Assembly: GCA_943367855.1 (NCBI GenBank)
Contig: CALRKH020000001.1
Span: 365-64,364 of the forward strand
DNA length: 64,000 nt
DNA from: Asaia bogorensis
GTDB taxonomy: Bacteria; Bacteroidota; Bacteroidia; Chitinophagales; Chitinophagaceae
Direction of reading: 5' to 3'
Under the pieces are notes generated by a model, which was not told the origin of the DNA, did no database searches, and saw nothing but the letters and a program-made list of their open reading frames with translations. Below, piece after piece: positions 29,371 through 36,530 of this stretch. Positions within the stretch are counted from its first letter, which is position 1; the number at the start of each line of letters is the position of its first letter. Made by a program: the position numbers and the translations under genes.

Positions 29371-29658
29371 ATGAGCCAATCTATAGCAGTTACTTATCCT
29401 TCGGATAGTCTTACAGACGTAAACGTCAGTTATACACTCGACACACAAGACAACATCCACACCATCACCTGTCACATTCTGGGTCGCAGCTACCCAGCAT
29501 GGCTCCAGCTTCGCAAGTTCTCCATGTCATCTATTTGCAGCCTCGGCATATACAGCCCGCTATACAACGACAATAACAACAGCAAAAACCACGACACAGC
29601 CTTTTTTATAGACCTTGTCTACACCACCATCATGAACCGCGAATCACTCAAACTATAA
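29371..29658 (+). CDS. Hypothetical protein
   Basis: 95-codon ORF with an A-rich initiation region, 20 nt downstream of the desaturase and followed by a terminator. Confidence 0.55.
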   Translation: MSQSIAVTYPSDSLTDVNVSYTLDTQDNIHTITCHILGRSYPAWLQLRKFSMSSICSLGIYSPLYNDNNNSKNHDTAFFIDLVYTTIMNRESLKL

Positions 29659-29700
29659 GTACCATGGCGCTGGCAACAGCAGAGTCATATACATCACAAA

Positions 29701-29730
29701 CGCCACGGCAAGCGCCGTGGCGTGCTTTTT
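29701..29730 (+). terminator. Intrinsic terminator
   Basis: CGCCACGGC-aagc-GCCGTGGCG followed by TGCTTTTT. Confidence 0.7.
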
Positions 29731-29777
29731 TCACGCTGCTAGGGGTTGCTACCTCATAGGTAGCATATCAAGTATGC

Positions 29778-30191
29778 TTAGGCAGGTTGCAGCTCTTGGT
29801 GTGCCCTCCGCACCGATGTGCCAATAGGCGTAGGCATACCATCATCATCTATGCGCACAAACGTCATATTTGTGATGCACACCACCACCTCGTCAGCACT
29901 ATACAAGTTATACTTGCGCACCTCTATCTTTATAGTGATGCTCGTTCTGCCCAGGTCCACCACCTCTCCATATATCCTGATGTGGTTACCCATCTTCACT
30001 GGCTTTTTAAAGAGCAGCTCCCCTACCCTCAGTGTCACCATATTGGGTGTGTAGCAATACTCTGTGGCATAGGCAGCTCCTGCCTCATCTATCCATTCCA
30101 TTAGCGTGCCGCCAAACAAGTTGCCATGTATCCCTATGTCGCGGGCCATGCATATTTTCTTACTAATCAGTTTCATTTTCTTTACCCTCAT
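29778..30191 (-). CDS. Acyl-CoA thioesterase (HotDog fold, YciA-like)
   Basis: DIGIHGNLFGGTLMEWIDEAG, F.KPV..G, G.TSI.I and TFVRID..G.P. The start may be ATG 30176. Confidence 0.9.
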   Translation of the reverse strand: MRVKKMKLISKKICMARDIGIHGNLFGGTLMEWIDEAGAAYATEYCYTPNMVTLRVGELLFKKPVKMGNHIRIYGEVVDLGRTSITIKIEVRKYNLYSADEVVVCITNMTFVRIDDDGMPTPIGTSVRRAHQELQPA

Positions 30192-30239
30192 TTTATCTTG
30201 TTAGTCAATATTTTTTCGTTCATCTGCTAGCTGCCAGCA

Positions 30240-30605
30240 TCACGCAGCCACCACCTTTTGGGTATATACAAATCGCCCCATAGCCACCCTGCACTGTTTG
30301 CCATTAGCCCTTCGCAGCGTCACACTTATCTCCAGCTTATCATCCTTGGCCCATAGCACCCTGCTATCCACACGCACCACATCGCCCCTCAGTGCCTTCG
30401 TCATAAAGTTCACCTCATACTTTATAGCCAGCTTCCTATACACTCCCATATCGCCAAAGGCCGCTACCAGGTGCTCATCGCAGCGCGCAGTTATCTCATT
30501 CAGTATGCGGCAGGTAGATATCTGCCCTAGCTCATTCGTATCTTCTTTACCCACCGTAAACACCCCTGTCCGTTTGGCACTCACTTGCCCACTAGTTGTT
30601 GTCAT
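30240..30605 (-). CDS. Divergent HotDog-fold protein (thioesterase-like)
   Basis: V.KEDTNELGQI helix start, VNFMTKALRGDVVRVDSRV and GRFVY give the HotDog topology; it lacks the FGG...D motif. Confidence 0.65.
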   Translation of the reverse strand: MTTTSGQVSAKRTGVFTVGKEDTNELGQISTCRILNEITARCDEHLVAAFGDMGVYRKLAIKYEVNFMTKALRGDVVRVDSRVLWAKDDKLEISVTLRRANGKQCRVAMGRFVYTQKVVAA

Positions 30606-30639
30606 ATAGCTTAATTTTTTTTCGTCGTTATATTGTTTT

Positions 30640-30684
30640 AAAAGAAAAATGCCCCTTGAGTTCTTCGCTACTCAAAGGGCATTT
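30640..30684 (-). terminator. Attenuator terminator 2
   Basis: Minus strand AAATGCCCTTTGAG-tagcgaagaa-CTCAAGGGGCATTT-TTCTTTT. The single DNA mismatch is a U-G wobble only on the minus strand. Confidence 0.88.
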
Positions 30685-30711
30685 GTTTTATGCAGTTCAG
30701 TTTTCTGTTTC

Positions 30712-30822
30712 CTACCTACATCGCGCCTTCGAGCATAGCTTTCTCTTGCAGCATGTGTTACATGCCGCCATATGCTTATGGCTCTTATTCGTTGCAGTTA
30801 CTACCAGTTCTCTGTTGAGCAT
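30712..30822 (-). CDS. Putative Cys-rich leader peptide 2 (36 aa)
   Basis: MLNRELVVTATNKSHKHMAACNTCCKRKLCSKARCR*. It has five Cys codons, and its 3' codons are complementary to the 5' arm of terminator 2. Confidence 0.75.
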   Translation of the reverse strand: MLNRELVVTATNKSHKHMAACNTCCKRKLCSKARCR

Positions 30823-30842
30823 TGTGTTATCGCTATAGTACT

Positions 30843-30884
30843 AAAAAAAAATTACCCCCCGATGGTCTGTTATCGGAGGGTAAT
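30843..30884 (-). terminator. Attenuator terminator 1
   Basis: Minus strand ATTACCCTCCGAT-aacagacc-ATCGGGGGGTAAT-TTTTTTTT; a 13-bp stem with one U-G wobble and a long U-tract. Confidence 0.9.
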
Positions 30885-30911
30885 GAATGTCTTTATGCTT
30901 TGCTTTGGCTA

Positions 30912-30977
30912 CTACATGTCATTACCTGCTCCGTTACGGGCATGTTTACAACACATTCTATGTTTATTTGCTTGCAT
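30912..30977 (-). CDS. Putative Cys-Cys leader peptide 1 (21 aa)
   Basis: MQANKHRMCCKHARNGAGNDM*. Codons 15-22 are complementary to the 5' arm of terminator 1. Confidence 0.75.
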   Translation of the reverse strand: MQANKHRMCCKHARNGAGNDM

Positions 30978-30984
30978 TATGCTG

Positions 30985-31015
30985 CAATACTAGAATATTT
31001 TTCAATTCCCACAAA
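30985..31015 (-). promoter_or_regulatory. Candidate Bacteroidota promoter for the leader-peptide transcript
   Basis: Minus strand TTTG-N19-TAGTATTG (one mismatch to TTTG-N19-21-TAnnTTTG), 7 nt before the ATG of leader 1. Confidence 0.5.
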
Positions 31016-31030
31016 AATATTTTTCAGTTC

Positions 31031-31960
31031 CTACACCCGCTTCACCCACATCAGTCGCGTATCCTGCTCATCACTTATCCTAAACGGCACTCTATGCACC
31101 CCTATCATATACATCATACTCGCCAGCCTGCTCCTCCCCACAAAAACCTTGCCCAGCCTATAACTCAGGCTATAATGACGCACACCCTTTTTAGTATCTA
31201 CCACCAGATAAGTATGAGAATAAGCAGGCATTGTCAAGATAATACTCTGACTATACAACTGTGCATTTAGCACCGGCCATCCCTTGGGCAACTCCTTACC
31301 ACTACGCAGCAAGCGCAGCAACTCATTGGTATCATCATTATAAATCGCCCGCTGCACCCCACTCATCCTTTCGGGCACCACCATACGCTCCAGTTGCAGC
31401 TCACAAGCATTACTATAAAAATCGCCCTGCTCCTTCACCAGTTGCGGCTGCTCAGTCAAGTCCACCTTAGGGTCCACCACACCCTCCTCATCCACATGCA
31501 CAAACAGATACGGATACAAGCTAGACAATACAGGTCTATACTTGGCTTGCAGCTTATACGCTCCCACTGGCACACGCTTCACTATCAGCAGTTGCGTGTA
31601 GGTCTCACCAGGGTTCAGGTGCCAGCTTATCTCATACTTATGCTCACTATCCACTACAGGTATGGTCCACCCATCATGCTCCTTGGCTATTGTCCATTTC
31701 ATCGTTTCCTCGGTCCTGCTCATTAGCACCAGATCATACAAGTGCAACCCTCGTTTGGGATGTCCTGGCACAGCAATACTCACCCTCCTGCCCGATGTAT
31801 TATGTATCAACAACTCCAGCGCCATACTATCTGGCGAGCAGCACAGCCTAGGCCCCATCCTTAGCTCCAGCCTCAAATCACTAGGCACCATATCCGCATA
31901 CACCACACCGCCACCCATCAGCAAAGCCAGCAGCACCACCCATATCTTTTTCATACGCAT
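31031..31960 (-). CDS. Hypothetical exported protein
   Basis: Signal peptide MKKIWVVLLALLMGGGVVYA and a beta-rich N-terminal domain; no recognised family. Confidence 0.7.
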   Translation of the reverse strand: MRMKKIWVVLLALLMGGGVVYADMVPSDLRLELRMGPRLCCSPDSMALELLIHNTSGRRVSIAVPGHPKRGLHLYDLVLMSRTEETMKWTIAKEHDGWTIPVVDSEHKYEISWHLNPGETYTQLLIVKRVPVGAYKLQAKYRPVLSSLYPYLFVHVDEEGVVDPKVDLTEQPQLVKEQGDFYSNACELQLERMVVPERMSGVQRAIYNDDTNELLRLLRSGKELPKGWPVLNAQLYSQSIILTMPAYSHTYLVVDTKKGVRHYSLSYRLGKVFVGRSRLASMMYMIGVHRVPFRISDEQDTRLMWVKRV

Positions 31961-32025
31961 AACCCCACCTTTCCCACCATAGCTTCAATAACTATGCCAC
32001 AATTCACATCCCTACCCTATACACC

Positions 32026-32072
32026 AAAAACAAGCGGAGCAATAGGAAAGATATTCCATTGCTCCGCTTGTT
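32026..32072 (-). terminator. Intrinsic terminator of the hsd operon
   Basis: AACAAGCGGAGCAAT...ATTGCTCCGCTTGTT, a 15-bp perfect stem with a T-tract on the minus strand, just past the hsdM stop. Confidence 0.85.
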
Positions 32073-32098
32073 AATAATGAGCACTTAGACCAGCTACC

Positions 32099-33583
32099 CT
32101 ACTTTCTGTTTAGCGACATTGCAATACCTTCAAAACTCTCTATACAAGCTTTCAATTGCTCCACTATATCCACTGCCAGCACATCGGGGTCGGGCAAATT
32201 GTCTAGGTCGGCGAGTGATTTATCTTTTATCCAGCTTATATCTAGGCTAGTTTTATCTCTGGTTATTATCTCATCATAGCCATACTTTCTCCATCTGCCA
32301 TCAGGATTCTTATCTGCATCATATGTCTCCTTACGTTTGTGTCTGTTATTGGGCTTATAGCAATCTATAAATGCCTGCAAGTCCTCCACTTTTAGCGGGT
32401 TCTTTTTTAGGGTATGGTGCACATTCGTTCGGTAGTCATATATCCACACCTCTTTAGTCCATGGCTCTTTTGCCGCAGGTTTAGCGTCAAAGAAGAGCAC
32501 ATTTGCTTTCACTCCATTAGCATAAAATATACCTGTAGGCAGGCGCAATATGGTATGCAACTCTGTGGTCTCCAGTAGTCGCTTACGCACCAGTTCGCCC
32601 GCACCACCCTCAAACAGCACATTATCTGGCAGCACCACCGCCGCCTGTCCACTAGTTTTCAGCATGGTGCGTATGTGTTGCAGAAAGTTCAACTGCTTGT
32701 TGCTGGTAGTAGCCCAGAAGTCCTGCCGGTTGTAGGTAAGGTCTTCCTTCTCCTGTTCTCCTTCTTCGTTGGTAAAGGTCTGGCTGCTCTTTTTGCCAAA
32801 AGGTGGATTAGCCAGTATATAATCAAACCGCTCTCCGTTATCGGCTATAAGCGCATCGGCAGGTGATATGAAGTTTTCGCTGTCTATATCACCAATGTTG
32901 TGAAGAAACAGGTTCATGAGTGCCATGCGCCTTGTGCCGGCTACAATCTCATTGCCATAAAAGGTTTTGTATTTCAGGAATTGTTTTTGTTCTTTATCCA
33001 GAGTTTGAGCAGCTATGTAATCGAAAGCAGCCAAAAAGAAGCCGCCCGTGCCACAGGCGGGGTCTGCAATGGTGCGCATGGGTTGCGGCTGTATGCAGGC
33101 TACCATTGTTTTTATGAGGGCACGAGGGGTGAAATACTGCCCGGCACCGCTCTTGGTATCTTCGGCATTCTTTTCCAGCAGCCCTTCATATATTTCGCCT
33201 TTTACATCGGCACCCATCACCGTCCACTGCTCTTTGTTGATCATGTCAATCAACTTGTACAACTTAGCCGGGTCTTGTATTTTATTTTGGCTCTTAGTAA
33301 ATATCTGACCGAGTATGCCTTTCTGGCTACCTAGCTCACGCAAGAGCGTTACATAATGCACTTCCAGCTCTGCGCCCTTCAATACCGTAAGGCTATCCCA
33401 GCTATACTGTGCGGGAATTGGTAGCTTGCGGTTGTAGGGTGGCTTGGCATACTCATCTGCCATCTTCAGGAACAGTAAGTAGGTAAGCTGTTCCAGGTAA
33501 TCGCCATAGCTCACGCCATCATCGCGAAGGGTGTTGCAGAAAGACCAGACTTTTGATATGATACTGTTAGTTGTAGTGCTCAT
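32099..33583 (-). CDS. hsdM: Type I R-M methyltransferase subunit (N6-adenine)
   Basis: VWSFCNTLRDDGVSYGDYLEQLTYLLFLKM, GQYFTPR, DPACGTGGF (motif I) and ANPPFG (motif IV). Confidence 0.96.
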   Translation of the reverse strand: MSTTTNSIISKVWSFCNTLRDDGVSYGDYLEQLTYLLFLKMADEYAKPPYNRKLPIPAQYSWDSLTVLKGAELEVHYVTLLRELGSQKGILGQIFTKSQNKIQDPAKLYKLIDMINKEQWTVMGADVKGEIYEGLLEKNAEDTKSGAGQYFTPRALIKTMVACIQPQPMRTIADPACGTGGFFLAAFDYIAAQTLDKEQKQFLKYKTFYGNEIVAGTRRMALMNLFLHNIGDIDSENFISPADALIADNGERFDYILANPPFGKKSSQTFTNEEGEQEKEDLTYNRQDFWATTSNKQLNFLQHIRTMLKTSGQAAVVLPDNVLFEGGAGELVRKRLLETTELHTILRLPTGIFYANGVKANVLFFDAKPAAKEPWTKEVWIYDYRTNVHHTLKKNPLKVEDLQAFIDCYKPNNRHKRKETYDADKNPDGRWRKYGYDEIITRDKTSLDISWIKDKSLADLDNLPDPDVLAVDIVEQLKACIESFEGIAMSLNRK

Positions 33584-33587
33584 TGAG

Positions 33588-34565
33588 TTAAATTAAACCG
33601 AGTTCTTTTGAAATATCGGTTGTAAGCTTTGATAATACCCTTTTATGATAGTTTCTTTCAGTAGTGTAATTTCCAAGGACGAAGCGATTTACATCTTCTT
33701 CATTCTTAAACAATGTGCCCTGATATTTTAAATACAAGTCATGTAGATATGTTGGAGAATAAACTATTGATTTTTGAATGATTTCATCAACATAGTCTTT
33801 GTGCATATTGTATAAATCTTTCAATCTAAATGTTGAAATATTTCTAAATGCAGATTTGATTTTATCATTGTCCCATTTGGAAAGGCTACCCTTTTTGAAT
33901 TTTATTCGATACGCAGAATGACTACCATTGATGAAATTTATGTTCTTTGGTTTTATTGTAAAAACTAAATCGTCTGAAAACCCTTCCAAATAAGGATGAA
34001 TGTTTTTATCCAAGCTAAAGTCCTCTTCGTGTTTTAAAGTTTCATTGCATATATAGCAACTTGGAATAAGGTTGAAAAAACTGAGGGCTAAATATGGATA
34101 TTTAGATTGATGAAAAAAATGGTCGTACTGGAATCTTGTTCCTTTCTTCAAATCTGTTCCTAAAGTAAAAGTGTATGACCTGTTGCAATAAGCACAGACA
34201 TTTACATTTATTTTTTTCGCCAGTTGGTATGCCTTCCAATTATCATAGCTGGAGTAATAGAAAATTTGCTTGAATTCCTCTTTCCTTGTTTTGGTAATCA
34301 ATTTGCCATATTTCTTAGTAAATCTTTTTATGAAATTATCTAGCTCTTTGGGCTTAGCTATCAAGATAGAAAACCCACTGGCATCTTTGACTACATTGTT
34401 AAGCAGGTATTCATACAATGAATAAATTCTTGGATTGCCTTTGTATTTGTTTTTCCATTTGTTAATCCTTTTTATAACGGTCTGTTTTTTTCCGTCTTTT
34501 TTCGTAAGATTATCATAATGAAAATTCAATACCTCTTTTTCATTTTCTAAATGTATCTGTATCAT
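33588..34565 (-). CDS. HNH-type endonuclease, Septu PtuB-like
   Basis: VCAYCN...DHFFHQSKYPYLALSFFNLIPSCYICN: CxxC, DH, N and CxxC Zn-bound HNH pattern. It is coupled to the upstream ATPase (3-nt gap). Confidence 0.8.
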   Translation of the reverse strand: MIQIHLENEKEVLNFHYDNLTKKDGKKQTVIKRINKWKNKYKGNPRIYSLYEYLLNNVVKDASGFSILIAKPKELDNFIKRFTKKYGKLITKTRKEEFKQIFYYSSYDNWKAYQLAKKINVNVCAYCNRSYTFTLGTDLKKGTRFQYDHFFHQSKYPYLALSFFNLIPSCYICNETLKHEEDFSLDKNIHPYLEGFSDDLVFTIKPKNINFINGSHSAYRIKFKKGSLSKWDNDKIKSAFRNISTFRLKDLYNMHKDYVDEIIQKSIVYSPTYLHDLYLKYQGTLFKNEEDVNRFVLGNYTTERNYHKRVLSKLTTDISKELGLI

Positions 34566-34568
34566 AGC

Positions 34569-36512
34569 CTAAAGACTTAATTTGCTTTCAATCTTATCTA
34601 ATCGTTCATGAATTTCTAAATTAAATCGGTCATTATACAATTGCATCAGTTTATGTTTTAATATTGGTTCGCCGATTTGATGAATTATATTTCTTATTTC
34701 TTCTCGCCTTTCTTTTGAAGGCGTAGCTCCTTTTGTTAGTTCCGTTATTATTTCATTTATTTTCAGTGAAGCAAAATCACCTATCAAACCATCTTTAATA
34801 AAAAAGGAATCTGACAATAGTGTGTAAATATTCGCCGCAAATGTTTCCCTCTGGTCGTTTAAGCTATCTTTTACAATTGATTTGCTTTCTTTTGATCCAT
34901 ATATTCCTGTATACAACACATTTCTCTCTAAAAATACCGTGTTGTCGTTTGGTAGATCAGATGCTGGAATCGGAGAATTTGTTGTAAGAACTATTTGAAT
35001 ATTTCTCTTTACACCGTTTCTGGTTTTAGCAAACAATCTTGGTAAAAAGTTTAATAGTATGTTGACAAATCTTTTTTGCCAAGAAGGATGTAAATAAACA
35101 TCACCTTCGTCAATCAGAATAATAACATTCTTATTTAGTTCGTTTATTTGTTCTTCATTTGATAATGAATGGAAACGAGAATAAATATTGAGTAGTGCAT
35201 TTTCGCCACTACTAAGCCCACGCCATGCAAAATTTAAGTAGGGCTTAAGTCTATAAGAATTTCTGTATGAATTGTATAATTTTTCAAAATCTGGACCGGT
35301 TTTATCATTAATGGCCCACGCGAGGCTTACTTGATTTTCTCCTGACGTAGAATTTGTTGAAGAAATTAAATCAGGTAGACTATTGATGAAGTCAAGGGCT
35401 CCTTCTATCCAGATATAATGAGAGCCATCAAGTTTAACTGAAAATAAATCAGATTGTACTTTCAGATGTTCTAGTACTGCCAAAGCAATCGATCTAATGC
35501 CTTTATTTTTTTTGATCAATTCTGTATCTATTTCAAATTTGCCAGAAGACGTTGTACTTCGGTATGAAGTTGCTAATTCCAACAGGAGATTCATTAGACA
35601 ACTGCTCGTGAACAAATCAATAAAATAGTCTTTCTTTTTTGACTTACTTAATAACGCTTCAAGCTCAATAGATAAAATTCTAAAATCATTTAGGAATCCA
35701 TATTCATCAATTATTTTCTTATATATTTCGGGATATCCTGAATCGAAATTAATTGATCTCTTTATACTCAAATATATATTGCGAGGCAGTTCAAACGGAA
35801 TATACTCCTTGTGTTTGTATCTATTAATGAAAGCAATTTGTCTTTCTTTCTCTTCGAATTGGTGTATGTCAATAGGGTTGCTAACTTCCCTATTGATTCT
35901 GCCATTTTCGACATTTTTAACAAAATCATTTCTTACTAGAAAGTTTGTGGAAATGTCACATGTGCCTTTTACTTGTATGTCATTTTCGAAAGAGGCATCG
36001 TAGATATTCGAAAAATAGATAAAGTCTGTATCTCTGAAAGCATCTATTTTTGGCAGAATTTGATTTTCATACTCCTTTCCATTGCTCAGTTTTAATTTTT
36101 CAATCTTAGTGGATAGTTTTTCAATCGATATAGAAAGCCCCGAGAGATTATGCTTTTTGATTGCGATATCCGACATATGGTACACCATAATATTCCCGGC
36201 ATTTGCCAAAACTAATATCAAGTGATGTTGTAAACCGCCTTGACCTTCTGCGAGTGATTGGCTAATTGTCTTCAATAGCGACGTTTTGCCAGTTCCGTTT
36301 TCGCCAATAACCGAAGTAACATTCAGGACATCTGCGAATTTATCCGATGGTTTATTTATTGAAAAGAAGTTTTCAACGTAAAACGGATTTTTTGAGGCAA
36401 TAAACTCACGGTCTTTCTCATTATAGTGAAACCTAAATTTTCCGCCGAAATTTATATCTTGGTTACCGAAAGGTAAAATGTCTGATTTAAAGTACAAATA
36501 TAATATCTCCAT
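34569..36512 (-). CDS. ABC-type (AAA_15/AAA_21-like) ATPase, Septu PtuA-like
   Basis: Walker A GENGTGKT, signature LSSGE, Walker B/D-loop ILIDEGDVYLHPSWQ, switch region LTTNSP..SDLP, and C-terminal TFAANI..LL...FF....IG.FA..KI. Confidence 0.85.
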   Translation of the reverse strand: MEILYLYFKSDILPFGNQDINFGGKFRFHYNEKDREFIASKNPFYVENFFSINKPSDKFADVLNVTSVIGENGTGKTSLLKTISQSLAEGQGGLQHHLILVLANAGNIMVYHMSDIAIKKHNLSGLSISIEKLSTKIEKLKLSNGKEYENQILPKIDAFRDTDFIYFSNIYDASFENDIQVKGTCDISTNFLVRNDFVKNVENGRINREVSNPIDIHQFEEKERQIAFINRYKHKEYIPFELPRNIYLSIKRSINFDSGYPEIYKKIIDEYGFLNDFRILSIELEALLSKSKKKDYFIDLFTSSCLMNLLLELATSYRSTTSSGKFEIDTELIKKNKGIRSIALAVLEHLKVQSDLFSVKLDGSHYIWIEGALDFINSLPDLISSTNSTSGENQVSLAWAINDKTGPDFEKLYNSYRNSYRLKPYLNFAWRGLSSGENALLNIYSRFHSLSNEEQINELNKNVIILIDEGDVYLHPSWQKRFVNILLNFLPRLFAKTRNGVKRNIQIVLTTNSPIPASDLPNDNTVFLERNVLYTGIYGSKESKSIVKDSLNDQRETFAANIYTLLSDSFFIKDGLIGDFASLKINEIITELTKGATPSKERREEIRNIIHQIGEPILKHKLMQLYNDRFNLEIHERLDKIESKLSL

Positions 36513-36530
36513 TTGAGAGTGTTTGTTGTG

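Noticed and set aside
30712-30977. Alternative reading of the Cys-rich sORFs as metallothionein-like peptides or a SAM riboswitch
   Set aside because: The antiterminator complementarity and identical spacing fit attenuation better, and I found no SAM-I core sequence. A peptide function is not formally excluded.
30596-31270. Several overlapping plus-strand ORFs (80, 73, 113, 127 aa)
   Set aside because: No family motifs. The terminator wobble pairs and U-tracts work only on the minus strand, so the functional elements here are minus-strand.
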